Shown here piece by piece: positions 24,230 to 37,411 of a stretch of DNA of 64,000 nucleotides (position 1 is its first letter; every line of letters begins with the position of its first letter). The stretch is from positions 19,912,529 to 19,976,528 of the forward strand of contig NC_090399.1 of the NCBI RefSeq assembly GCF_036365525.1, read 5' to 3'. Both the position numbers and the translations under genes were made by a program. The DNA is from Heterodontus francisci. Its lineage: Eukaryota. Under the pieces are notes generated by a model, which was not told the origin of the DNA, searched no databases, and saw only the letters and a program-made list of their open reading frames with translations.

Positions 24230-26640
24230 TAGCAACTCAAAACTGAGCATACAGGAGGCGCTGTGGGCCATCAGCAACAGCAGAATTGTGTTCCACCAAA
24301 TCTGTAGCCTCATGGCCTGCAAACTCTTCCCCTGCCCCGCCCCATTGCTATCAATATCAAGATAAGGGACCAATCCTTGCTCAATGAGCAGTGCAGAAGA
24401 GGTATAGGAACAGCACAAGGCATACCTAACACTGAATTTCCAACCTGGTAAAGCTACAACACAAGGCTACATACGTGCTAAACAGCAGAAGCACCATACT
24501 ATCAATAGAGACAGCAGAATGTACCATCTACAAGATGCACTGCGGCAACTAACCAACTCCTTCGCCAGCACCTTCTAAATCCGTGACCCCTACCACCTAG
24601 AAGAACAAGGACAGAAGATGCATAGGAACACCACCATTTGCAAGTTCCCCTGTAAGTCACACCAACATCTCTTGAAACTGTATCACCGCTTTTTCACCGT
24701 CACTGAGTCAAAATCCTGGAACTCCCTTCCGAACAGCAGCATGGGTGTATCAACATCCCAAGGACTGCAGCCATTCAAGAAGGCAGCTCACTACCCCTTC
24801 TCAAGGGCAATGAAGGATGGGCAATAAATGCTGGCCTAGTCAGTGATGCCCACATTCCATGAATGAATAAAAAAGGTAAGTGATCCTACAAGCAATGGAT
24901 CAGATCAAAGACCGGCAGTCCCACAAAATCCAGTATAAATGGTCATGTACAATTAAACAGCTCACAGCGTTAGAAGGTTCCATAAACAGCCCCATCCTCA
25001 AGAAATAGCAGTGCTTTGCACGTGATGAGTGATTTAGATGATGGGATAGGAAGCCACATGTCCAAATCTGCTGCTGGCTCATAGTTAGGCGGCAGTGTAA
25101 GCAGTGTAGATGGAAGCATAAAATCACACATAGATATTGGTAGATTAAGTGAATGGACAAAACTGTGGCAAATGAGCTTCAATGTAAGCAAATGTTCAGT
25201 CATCCACTTTGTGCCTGAAAAGATAGAATAGGGTAATTTATAAATGGTGAAAAGCTAGAAAGAATGGATGGCCAAAGAGAGGTGGGGGTCCAGGTATGCG
25301 GATCATTAAAATGCCATGGACAGATACAGAAAATAATCAAAATGCTCCTGGAATCCTGGCCGTTTTATCTAGAGAACTGTAATATAAGGGGAGAGAAGTC
25401 ATATTTAATCTGTACAAGCCTTGGTTGGTCCACACCTAGAGTGAGGTGAGCAGCTCTGCTCATCAAACCTTAGGAAGAATATATTGGCATTGGAGGTAGT
25501 ACAGTGTCGGCTAACAGGAATGATAACTGGACTGACTCCAAGGGTTAATTTACAAGGAGAGGTTATACTCACTGGGGTGGTATTTCCCTGGAATTTAGAA
25601 GGCTAAGTGGTGATTTGATCAAAGCTTTCAAGACATTAAGGAACTTAAGGGAAAAGATTGGTTAGACAGAGGGAAACCTTTTCTGCTGCTTCAGGAGTCT
25701 CGGACTTGGGGGCATAATCTAAATAATAAAGACAGACCTTTCAGGAGTTAAATCAAGAAGCACTTCTATGCATGAAGGGTGGTAGAGGTTTGGGACTCTC
25801 TTACAGAAATGACAATTGATGCTAAGCTAGCCAACTTGATTAACAACCCATTCAGACACTTAAACATGCAGTCCCTTCATAATTGCTGCTTTGCTTTGTA
25901 GCTGCAGTGTGTACCATCTAAAAGATGCTCTGCAACAATTCATCACGGCTTCTTCAAAAGCACCTCCCAAACCTACAACCTCCACTGCTCACAAAAATGA
26001 AGGCAACAGGTACCTGTCCCAGCAGTTCCCCTCCATGGTACATGCTATCCTAACTTGGGAAAATATCGCCGTTCCTTCATCATCGCTGGGTCAAAATCTG
26101 GAACTCCCTCCGTATTAGCACTGTGGGAGTGCCGACACCATATGGACTGCAGTGGTTCAAGGAGACATCTCACTAACACCTTGGCAAGGGCAGTTAGTGA
26201 TGGCCAATATATACCAGCCTCGACACCGAAGCTAACGTCCCATAAGAAAAGTCTATTTAACAGAAAGTCGTTGAAGACCTTAGCAGGAGAATATTTGTGA
26301 AAGCTGTTCAACAACAAAATCTTGCATGTATATAGTGCCTTCACAATAGCAAAGCATTCCAAACGCTTCACAGGAGCATAACAAACAAAAGTTGACACTG
26401 AGCCATACAAGAAGACATTAAGGCAAGTGGCCAAAAGCTTGATCAAAGAAGTACGTTTTTTAAAGAGGAAACAGCAAGAGAGAGAGAGCGCGCGCAGGGA
26501 GGTTTTCTTGGGGGGTGGGAGGCAGTGGGTGAATTCTAGAACTTGGGAGCTCGGCAGTTTAAGGCACCACTACCAATGGTGGAGTGAATAAAATTAAAGA
26601 TGCACAAGCAGTCAGAATTGTAAGAGGGAAAATATCCCAG
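24230..26640. mobile_element. Patchwork of old LINE fragments (CR1 and L2-like)
   Basis: Recurrent LINE 3' motifs (AAAATCCTGGAACTCCCT...GGACTGCAG...GATGGGCAATAAATGCTGGCC) and a CR1 fragment at 25080-25830. Confidence 0.65.
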
Positions 26641-26894
26641 AGGAATGTTTGATTGAATCAAATATGGCAAGGGCAGGGTGAACCTTTACCAGTTCGGATA
26701 CTGTACGGATTCTCTCACCTGTAATCAGTTAAATCTGTGGCCACTGAAGTTCGTACCTTCTCGTTCTACTTGACCTAGAACTGTACCAGTGAGACAGAGA
26801 GGGATGTGCAATGGGTGCCACTTTACATCACTGATCTATTTCTTCGGTAATTTTCTTATTTCCAATTTCTTACAGTCATCTTGATCTCAGTTGT

Positions 26895-27105
26895 GAGCAG
26901 CCCACTGTCTTCTGTCAGTAATATAGTGGGGCTCATAACGGAAATAAATGGCAATGTTCAGAAAAAAGCTGAGTGCACACACCGCCGTTAGAACCACAGG
27001 GACAGCTCTTTCGTTGCATTATTTTAATTTTAGTTTCTAACAACAAATGGCTACGAAATGGTCAAAAGTGAACAGCGTTGAAGATCAGACAGAGAATTGG
27101 ATGCT
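26895..27105 (-). pseudogene. Highly decayed GPR139-like exon 2 fragment F (TM3-ECL2)
   Basis: Minus-strand translation SIQFSV*SSTLFTFDHFVAICC*KLKLK*CNERAVPVVLTAVCALSFFLNIAIYFRYEPHYITDRRQW aligns with copies C-E. Three in-frame stops. Confidence 0.85.
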
Positions 27106-27599
27106 AGATTGAAACGGCAGTACTCTAACTTCAGTTATGTGTCAGCACTGACTGTGAGATGCTTAGAATTGCTCAGACTGACACCAACCTGTCAAGGTCC
27201 TGTGTTTTTTTTTCTCATCAGGAAATATTGCAGTGCACCTTTAAGGCTGTAAAATATCAATACTTCTTTAATGGAGCGAGCTCCAGAGTCAGTGAGCCAA
27301 AGCGTTGCCAAGTAACAACCATACAGAGAGAGAGAGAAAACAGAGCTTCAATGTATCCATTTTGACTTTGAAACAGTCTTTGACTTTGACAGTTCGGAAG
27401 AAGGGTCACTGACCTGAAACGTTAACGCTGCTTCTCTCTCCACAGATTCACCAGAATGATACTGGGGTTTATGGGTTAAATTATAAGAACAGATTGCATA
27501 AGTTTGGCCTGTATTCCCTTGAGGAGCTTAAAACGATAAAGGGATTGATGGGGTAAAGCGAGAGAAACTATTTCTTCTGTTGGGGGAATTCAGAACAAG

Positions 27600-30150
27600 G
27601 AAGCACAAGCTTCTTACCTTCCGGGAGCGGAGCGGACCTGTAGGGAGAACGCCGAGAGCGGAGCCTATAAATTAATCCCAAGGATTGAGGCCCAGTCTCT
27701 TACCTTCAGGAGCAGAGTGGAGAGGAGCGGACAGCAATGGAACCTCTTCCAGCGCGCCAGAGTTTTGAAAATAAAAAGCTAACAGTGACACCATAGGAAA
27801 GCTGCACGGTGTTTGGTTGGTGAGTCACTGCTGTTAGGGAATAGCTCTAAATAGCTGGGTAAGTCTCTTAGGTAAGAAAAGTTTAAAAGTTTAAAGTGTA
27901 TTTCAAATATAGTAAGTAGTGGTCTTTTTTAGGGAGTTCTGTAGTAACGAGGACCAGGGAAGAAGGGCCCTAGAGTAACTGATATTATTGGACATGAAGA
28001 TCTTCCAGAAGGTTTAATTTAATTGAAAGGATTAAGTTATGGCAGGAGAGCTCAAAGCCGTGGTGTGCACCTTGTGCTCCATGTCAGAGGCCGGGAACAT
28101 TTCCAGTGTCCCAGACTAGCACGTGTGCAGGAAGTGTGTGCAGCTGCAGCTCCTGGAAGCCCAGGTTTTGGAGCTGGAGTGGCAGCTGGGGACACTGTGG
28201 AGCATCCACTAGGTGGGAGAGTATCGTGGATAGCAATTACAGAGAGGTGGTCACACCGCAGGCTCAGACCCCACAGGCAGGAGGGGAATGGGTGGCCACC
28301 AGGCAGAGCAAGAGGACTGGGCAGGCAGTTCAGGAATCTTCTGTGGCTATTCCCTTGAAAAACAGGTATATTGCTTTGGATACTGTTGGGGGGAATGGCC
28401 TCTCAGGGGAAAACAGCAACAGCCCAATTCGTTGCACCACGGTTGGCTCTGCTGCACAGGGAGGAGTAAAAAGTGTGGGAATGCAATAGTTATAGGGGAT
28501 TCAATTGTAAGCGGTACAGATAGACGTTTCTGTAGCCGCAAAAGAGACTCTAGGATGGTGTGTTGCCTCCATGGTTCTCGGGTCAAGGATGTCTCAGATC
28601 AGTTACAGGACATTCTGAAGGGGGTGTGTGAACAACCAGTGGTCATGGTACACATTGGTACAAACGTCATAGGTAAAAAAAAAGGATGAGGTCCTAAAAG
28701 CAGAATATAGGGAGCTAGGAAGTAAGTTGAAAAGTAGGACCTCAAAGGTAGTGATCGCAGGATTACTACCAGTGCCACGTGCTAGTCAGAGTAGAAATAG
28801 CAGGATCTTTCGGATGAATATGTGGCTGAAGAGATGGTGTGAGGGAGAGGGTTTTAGATTCCTTGGGCATTGGGACCGGTTCTGGGGGAGGTGGAACCAG
28901 TACAAACTGGACGGGTTACATGTGGGCAGGACTGGGACTGATGTCCAGGGGAAGTATTTGCTAGAGTGGTTGGGGAGGGTTTAAACTAAAATGGCAGGGG
29001 GATGGGAACCTCTGCAAGGAGTCAGAGGAGGGAGGATCAAAAACAAGAACAAAAGACAATAAGGGGAATAATAAAAGTGATAAGCAGAGAATTCAAGGGC
29101 CAGAATCAAAGAGGGCCACAGTGAAAAATAGTGGGAAGAGGATAAGTAATGTTAAAAAGACAAGCCTTAATGCTTTGTGCCTTAACATGCAGAGCATTCG
29201 CTATAAAGTGGATGAATTAATCGGGCAAATAGATGTAAACGGGTATGATATAGTCGGGATAATGGAGACCAGGGATGGGAAATGAGCATCCAGGGATATT
29301 CAGTTTTTAGGAAGGACAGACAAAAAGCAAAAGGCGGTGGAGTTGCATTGCTGGTTAAAGAGGAAATTAACGCAATAGTGAGGAAAGATATTAGCTCTGA
29401 TGATGTGGAATCTGTATGGGTAGAGCTGAGAAACACTAAGGGGTAAAAAACGTTAGTGAGGGTTGTATATAGAGCCCCAAACTGTAGTGGTGATGTTGGG
29501 AATGGCATTAAACAGGAACTTAGAGATGCATGCGATAAATGAACATCTGTAATTATGGGTGACCTTAATCTGCATATAGATTGGGCAAATCAAATTAGTC
29601 ACAATACCGCAGAGGAGGAATTCTTGGAGTGTTTCCGGGATGGTTTTCTGGACCAATACGTTGAGGAACCAACTGGAAAACAGGCCATAAAAACAAGAAA
29701 TGCTGGAACCACTCAGCAGGTCTGGCAGCATCTGTGGAAAGAGAAGCAGAGTTAACGTTTCAGGTCAGTGACCCTTCTTTGGATCTCTTTCCACAGATGC
29801 TGCCAGACCTGCTGAGTGGTTCCAGCATTTCTTGTTTTTATTTCAGATTTCCAGCATCCACAGTATTTTGCTTTTATTTTAGAGAACAGGCCATTCTAGA
29901 TTGGGTATTGTGTAATGAGAGAAGAATATTTGACAATCTAGTGGTGGGAGACCCCTTGGGGATGAGCGATCATAATATGATGGAATTCTATATCAAAATG
30001 GAGTGTGATGTAGTTGATTCTGAGACAAGGGTTCTGAATCTTAGTCAAGGAAACTACGAAGGTATTAGGCGCAAGTTGGCCATGACGGATTGGGAAACGT
30101 TACTTAAAGGGATGATGATGGATAGGCAATGGCAAATGTTTAAAGAGCGT
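27600..30150 (+). mobile_element. CR1 LINE 5' half: 5'UTR, ORF1 (zinc finger/leucine zipper + SGNH esterase) and start of ORF2 (APE endonuclease), degenerate
   Basis: ATG at 28039 gives MAGELKAVVCTLCSM...CRKCVQLQLLE. IGDS, HIGTN and DGLH esterase motifs; MGDLN and SDH endonuclease motifs; several frameshifts. Confidence 0.9.
29687..29880. repeat. Penelope-derived palindromic (hairpin) insertion
   Basis: Inverted arms of ~57 bp (ATAAAAACAAG...GTGGAAAGAGA / TCTCTTTCCAC...CTTGTTTTTAT) matching the Penelope terminal repeat. Flanked by duplicated AACAGGCCAT. Confidence 0.85.
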
Positions 30151-33123
30151 TAAAGCAGTTAAAAAGAGAGTTGAAAAGAGTTAAAGCAAGAAAGTCCAGT
30201 AGACAGGCCGGGCAGGGGCAGGACAGAGAGTGTGGAAGGTCTGATAGGCTAAACTGCATTTACTTTAATGCAAGAAGCCTTACAGGTAAGGCAGATGAAC
30301 TCAGAACATGGATCAGTACATGGGATTCTAATATTACAGCTATTTCGGAAACGTGGTTGAGCGATGGGCAGGACTGGTAGCTCAATGTTCCAGGGTACTG
30401 CTCCTTCTGGCGTGACAGAGGTGGAAGTAAGAGAGGAGGGGGAATTGCATTATTGATTAGGGAGGACATCACGGCAGTACTTAGAGAGGATATCCCAGGG
30501 GCAATGTCCAGCGAGGCCATATGGGTAGAAGTTAGAAATAAGAAAGGGGTGATCACTTTGATGGGATTATACTATAGGCCCCCCAATAGTCACAGGGGAG
30601 TGGAGGAGCATATAAGTAGGGAAATCAAAGATATATGTAGGAATTATAGGGTTGTTATAGTAGGTGATTTTAACTTCCATAATACTGACTGGGACTGCCT
30701 TGGTGCTAAGGGATCAGGTGGGGAAGAATTTGTTAAGTGTGCCCTGGAAAATTTTCTGAAGCAGTATGTGGATGGCCCCACTAGAGAAGGGGCTACACTC
30801 GACCTCCTCTTTGGAAATGAGGATGGGCAGGTGGTTGATGTGTCAGTGGGGGAACACTTTGGGACCAGTGACCATAACTCTATTAGCTTCAAGATAGTTA
30901 TGGAAAAGGATAGAACTGGTCCTCAAGTTGAAGTCCAAAAATGGGGGAAGGCTAATTTCGATGGCATCAGACAGGAACTCTCAAAAGTTGAATGGGAGAG
31001 GCTGATTGCAGGTAAAGGGACGTCTGGCAAGTGGGAGTCTTTTTAAAAGTGAGATAGGAAGAGGTCAGGGCCGGCATGTTCCTGTTAGATGGAAGGACAA
31101 GACTGGCAAGTTTAGGGAACCTTGGTTGATGAGGGATATTGAGGGTCTGGTCAGGACAAAGAAGGAGGCATATGTCAGGTATAGGCAGCTGGGATCGAGC
31201 GAGTCCCTCGGAGTATAGGGGATGTAGGAGTACACTTAAGAAGGAAATTAGGAGGGCAAAAATGGGCCATGAGATTTCCCCAGCAGATAAGATAAAGGAG
31301 AATCCTAAAAGATTCTATATGTATATTGAGAGTAAAAGGGTAGCTAGGGAGAGAGTAGGTCCCCTTAAGGATCAGTGTGGCAATCTATGTGTGGAGCCAC
31401 GGGAAATGGGCGAGGTCTTAAATGAATATTTATCATCAGTATTTACTGTGGATAAGGTCATGAAAGCTAGTGAGTTCAAGGGACAGAACAGCGATATCCT
31501 GGAGCATATCAACATTACAAAGGAGGACGTGTTGGAGGTTTTGAAGTGCATTAAGGTGGATAAATCCCCAGGGCCTGACCAAGTGTATCCCAGGATGCTA
31601 TGGGAAGCAAGGGAGGAGATTGCTGGGACCCTGGCAGAGATTTTTGTATCATCGTTAGCCATAGATGTGGTACCAGAAGACTGGAGGAAAGCTAATGTTG
31701 TGCCTTTATTTAAGAGGGCAGCAGGGATAATCCAGGGAACTACAGGCTGCTGAGCCTGACATCAGTGTTGGGAAAGTTATTGGAAGGGATTCTGAGAGGC
31801 AGGATTTATATGCATTTCGAAAGGCATGGTCTGATTAGGGATAGTCAGCATGGCTTTGTGCGTGGGAAATCATGTCTCACGAATTTGATTGAGTTTTTCG
31901 AGGAGGTGACCAAGAGGATTGACGAGGGCAGGGCGATGGACGTTGTCTACTTGGACTTTAGCAACGCCTTTGACAAGGTCCCACATGGTAGGCTGGTCCA
32001 GAAGGTTCAAACACATGGGATCCAGGGTGAGCTAGTAAATTGGATACAAAATTGGCTTGGTGCTGGGAGGCAGAGGGTGGTAGTGGAGGGTTGTTTTTCA
32101 GATTGGAGGCCGGTGACCAGTGGTGTGTCGCAGGGATCGGTGCTGGGCCCTCTGTTGTTTGTCACATATATTAATGACTTGGATGTGAATGTAGGGGGCA
32201 TGATTAGTAAGTTTGCAGATGACCCCAAAATTGGTTGTATAGTGCACAGTGAAGAAGGTTGCCTAAGGTTACAACAGGATATAGATCAACTGGGAAAATG
32301 GGCAAAGGATTGGGAAATGGAATTTAACCCAGACAAGTGTGAAGTGATGCATTTTGGGAAGTTAATTCATGGCAGGACATATACAGTGAATGGCAGGGCC
32401 CTGGGGAGTGTTGTTGAGGAGAGAGACCTTGGAGTGCAAGTACATAGTTCCTGAAAGTGGCAACACAGATAGACAGGGTGGTGAAGAAGGCGTATGGCAT
32501 GCTTGCCTTCATCAGCCGAGGCAATGAGTACAAGAGTTAGGACGTCACATTACAGTTGTACATAACGTTGGTTAGGCTGCATTTGGAGAACTGCGTGTTC
32601 TGGTCGCCACACTACGGGAAAGATGTGATTAAGCTGAAGAGGGTGCAGAAAAGATTCACAAGGATGTTGCCTGGTTTGGAGGGCTTGAGTTATCAAGAGA
32701 GATTGGATAGGCTGGGTCTGTTTTCCCTGGAGCGTAGGAGGTTGAGAGAGAACATGATAGAGGTATATAAAATTATGAGAGGCATAGATAGGGTAGATAG
32801 CCAGAGTCTGTTTCCCATAGTAGTGGTGACTAAAACTAGAGGGCATTGATTTAAGGTGAGAGGGAGAAGGTTTAAAGGGGATTAAAGGGGTAAATGTTTC
32901 ACACAAAGAATTGTGGGTATCTGGAATGAGCTGCCTGAGGAGGTAGTGGAGGCAGAAACAGTAGCAGCATTTAAGAGGCATCTGGACAGGTACTTGAATG
33001 AGGAAGGCAAAGAGGGATATGGAATTAATGCAGGCAGGTGGGATTAGTAGAGATAGGCATTATGGTTGGCATGGACCCGGGGGCCGAAGGGCCTGTTTCT
33101 ATGCTGTATGACTCTATGACTCT
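30151..33123 (+). mobile_element. CR1 LINE with near-complete ORF2 (APE + RT), disrupted by stops and frameshifts
   Basis: YFNARSL, ISETWL, YRPP, VGDFN, SDH, KSPGPD, QHGF, FADD motifs and a (CTATGACT)n tail. Confidence 0.95.
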
Positions 33124-34209
33124 TTATGTCCTCTTGACAGCTTACTTTCCAACAGATCATTGGACAGACACAGGGCAGGTCAACTTTAATGCTGAGAAGT
33201 GGGAAGTGATAGATTTTGGAAGGAAGGCTGAGCGATATAAACTAAATGGTACAATGGTCGAATGGATACGAGGACAGAGAGAACTGGGATTTCACTTCTG
33301 TTACTTTTTCTATCTTCAAGATTCAATTTGGGGGTTGGAATCTGTCAGTTAATTCCAGTGTTAGCAAACGTGTTGGGAAATGTGTCAAAAGCTGTTTCTA
33401 TTTAGACATTCCTGCCTTGCGAAAGTGTGAGCTATCTTTGCAGACACGGGAAATAGATGTGTTTGAATGGGCTTGCAGATTTTGGTTGATGGCATAAGGT
33501 GAGAATTTGTGTCCCTTGCAGATACATAGAATTGAAGGTATTTGGACTACACTACACGAAGGGAACAATATACAAAACCTCAGACAGTCAGGCAATAGCA
33601 GTAAGAAAGTGAATCTCTTTTTATTGGTTTTAATTTGAAGGCCTGAGCTGATGATTGAAAAAGCAGGAGGTGAATGTGCTAAACTGTGGTGGATGGATTT
33701 CAATGTCAGCAAAAAACAGAACAGAGTACTTTATAAGTGATGAAAAATTAGAAACAGGGGAGGTGCAAAGACACTTGCAGGGGGCGGGATCCATGCCCAT
33801 TTGACGGCAGTGAAGATTTACCAGAAGGAGAACTGGACTCCAAGGTTTAAATTACGAGGTGATATGACACAAACTAGGGATGTATTCCCCAGAATTTAGG
33901 AGGATCAGTGGTGTTCTGATCAAATTTGTTAAGATATTAAGGGGAACTGATGGGGTAGTTTGGAAGAAACTATTTCGGCAGCTTGGGTAATCTGTGACTA
34001 GTGAGCATAGTCTAAAATTTAATGGCAGACATTTCAGGAGTGAAGTTAGGAAACACATCTGCACGCAAAAGGCGGTGTTAGTTTGGAACTGTCTTCTGCA
34101 AACGCACATTGATGCGAAATCAATTGTTCATTTTTAAATCTAAGATTGACCTCATCAAATGCCTTTTGAAATTGAAATATACTTCTATCGCTCTCTGTCT
34201 CTTAGACAC

Positions 34210-34335
34210 CCTGTTTCTCTGTGTGTGTTTGCGTCTGTGTGTGTGTGTTCTGGTGTGATTGTGTGCGTGTGTTTCTGTGTGTGTGCGTGTGTTTCTGTGT
34301 TTGTGTCTCTGTGAGTGTGTCTCTGTGTGTGTGCC
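34210..34335. repeat. Imperfect (GT)n microsatellite
   Basis: Directly visible. Confidence 0.85.
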
Positions 34336-34807
34336 TGTTTCTCTTTCCTCTCTCAGAACCTCAGTAAAACTACATATACATCTGTTCGCAATTTTAAGTC
34401 GGCTACTTTTAGAGATGCCACAACTGCAGATGGTGCACTTCCTTGTACAGGTTGGTAAGAAACCCATATTCGCAGCTGGCGCCAATGTTCCGATTAAAAT
34501 TTTGTTGTTGTTCGTTACCAGTTTTTTTTATTTTTTTCGTGAGCAGTCCTTTGAAATATTTGAAGACTCATTGCAGATGTGTGTAATTTATCACGGAACA
34601 GAATCTGTGTGGTACCATACACGCTGCTGCACACAGCTTTGCAGGAACACTGACTGACACTCTCCATCCCAGTCTCTTCCTCTTTCTCTCTGGTATTTTC
34701 TCCCCGATGCTATCCTTCCCTCTCTCTGTTATTCTCTCTCCATCTCTGTCTTTTGTCTTTCTCAGTGTTATCTCTCCATCTGGATGGAGGATGAGAAAGG
34801 GAGGCAT

Positions 34808-34968
34808 ATATAGAGACAGCTTTACTCTGTATCTAACCCACATCCTATCTGCCCTGGGAGTGTTCGATAGAACAGAGAAGGCAGAGATTTACTCTGTAGC
34901 TGACTCCAGACTGTACTCGGCTTGGCAGCATTTGGTGGGACAGTGTAGATGGAACTTTACTCTGTATA
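34808..34968 (+). repeat. 2-3 degenerate units of a ~68-bp shark-type satellite
   Basis: TTTACTCTGTA recurs at ~34821, ~34888 and ~34956, with GCCCTGGGAGTGTT and GGGACAGTGTAGA motifs. Confidence 0.7.
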
Positions 34969-37411
34969 CATGGAATTTAGAAGGTTAAGGGGTGAACTGA
35001 TCAAAGTTTGTAAGTTTACAAGATAATAATGGAAACTGATGGGGTAGGAACAGAAAAACTCTTCTCACCAGTTCGGGGAGTCTCAGACGAGGGGCGCTGT
35101 CTAAAAATCGAACATTAGGCCGAAGGGCCTGTTGTAGCTCTAAACTAAACTAAACTAAACTAGTCTAAAATCCTTTAAAAAGTGAAATTAAGACACACTT
35201 CTACACACAAAGTGTGGTAGAAATTTGGAACTGTCTTCCACCAATGATCCCTCCCTATCTCTGCAATCTCTTCCAGCTCCTCAATCCTCCAACCCTCCGA
35301 TCTTCTAATTCTGGACTCTTGCCCATCCTTAATTTGAATCGTTCCACCATTGGTGGCCGTGCCTACAAGCTGCCAAGGCCCTAACTCTGGGAATCCTTTT
35401 CCACACCACTCTGTCTCACTACCTCTCTTTCCTCTTTGAAGACACTCCCTAAATCCCACCTCTTTGATCAAGATTTTGATCATCTAGCCTACTATCTGCT
35501 TAAGTGGCTGGGTGACGAATTTTTATTTTTTAAAATTAATTCGAGTGACGTGCGTGTAACTGGCAAGGCCAGCATTTATTGCCCATTCCTAATTACCCTT
35601 TGAGAGGGTGGTTTGCTCTTGAACCATTGCAGTGCATATGGGGTAGGTGCACCAACAATGCTGTTAGGAAGGGAATTTCAGGATTTTGACCCAGTGATAG
35701 TGAAGGAACGGCGATATAGTTCCAAGTCAGGATGGTGTGTGACTTTATTTGTTGTGTGTGACCATCTTTTTCAGTGCACAGTTCCTTTAAATTTTTGATA
35801 TTTTTTAACGCAGTTAGCTGTGAAATTCATCCTACAATTTGCCTGTCCGCCCTCTTTCTGCCCATCTCTCCCTACCTCTCTGACGACCAAGATCGCATAT
35901 GTTTTCTTAATTACTGTTTTAATCTGTCCTGCTGCCTTCAAAGATCACTGTTCGTGAACCTCCAGCTCCCTCTGTACCAGCACACTCTTGAAAAATATAC
36001 CATAGTGTAATCAAACAAGGTCAACGTGGTTTCACGAAAGGGAAATCTCTGTTTAAGCCTCTCTTCTCTCAGGAGAAAAATCCCAGCTTCTCCAGTCTAT
36101 CAGCATAACTGTAATAAACTCATCCATGGAACCGTTCTGGTAAATCTCTTCTGTACATTCACCAAAGCCTTCATGTCCTTCCTAAGTGTGGTCCCAGAAT
36201 TGGACCCAATACTCCAGCCCTGAACAAACTATTATATTATAAAGCATCACCTCCTGACTTTTTTATGCTGGACCTCTGTTTATAAAGCTTAGGATCCCAT
36301 ATGCTTTACTAACCCATCAGCAAAGAGGGAAATTCTACCAGAGCCATTAACCGGTTCCATTCGACATGAACCCATGAGTCATTCCAAGGCTGGCGGCAGG
36401 GTTTAGGGGAGTCCAGAGAGAACACCGACCTGATCATCTTTTTTTCAAACAGAAATTCATCAGTGTATTGGCACCAATAGCCTGGAAGGAGGCTTCCTAA
36501 AGTGGCATTATTTCCAGGTGTGAATCAGCGGATACAATGTTCAAATCCATCTTCACACCATCCCAGTGACTGCACACTGGAGATCTGCCGCTGAATTCTG
36601 TGTAGACATCTAGCGAGCTACTCAGTTGTGTGATCTATCCCACCTTTCTCTCACTACCTCTCCATCTCGCCCTCTGCCTCTCCCCCTCACTCGCTGTGTC
36701 TTTCCCTCCTTCAGCACCACTTTGTCCTTATCTTCCTTCCTGTCATAAGAACAAGACGAGGCCATACGGCCCATCAAGTCTGCTCTGCCATTATCTGATG
36801 AACGTTTGTTGCATTATATCTCAGACAAGTATATCCATCCTTCAGTACTGAGACCAGGACTGTACACAGTACTCCAGGTATGGGCTCACCAAACCCTGTA
36901 CCACTGCAGCAAGACTTCCTCACTCTTGTATTCTAACCCCCTTGGAATAAAGACCAACACCCAATTAACCTTCCTAATTCATGGATGTATCTGTGTGTTA
37001 AATTTTTAAGATTTGTGCACAAGGATTCCCAATTGCCTCTGAACAGCAACATTTAATAGTTTCTTAGCATTTGAAAAATGTTCTGTGTGTGTATTCTTCC
37101 TCCCAAAGTGAAGAACCTCACATTTCTCCACATGATATTCCAGGTGCCACTTTCTTGCCCACTCACTTAACCCGCCCATCTCCCTTTGAAGCCTCACAAA
37201 TTACTGTCCCAGCTGACTTTGTATCCCTCCCCTTCGCCCCAATTCTCTCTCTCTCTCGCTCCCTCACCCCAATGCACTAGGTAAGACAGTATTTGACCAT
37301 GTCTCTGTTTATATTATTCTCGGCCTGTCTCTGGTATAAAAATGGTTAAGAAGTGTTGTAAAAAGGTAGAGGTGTCTGTGGGATCCCCTTTCATTTCACA
37401 CGTACAGGTGG

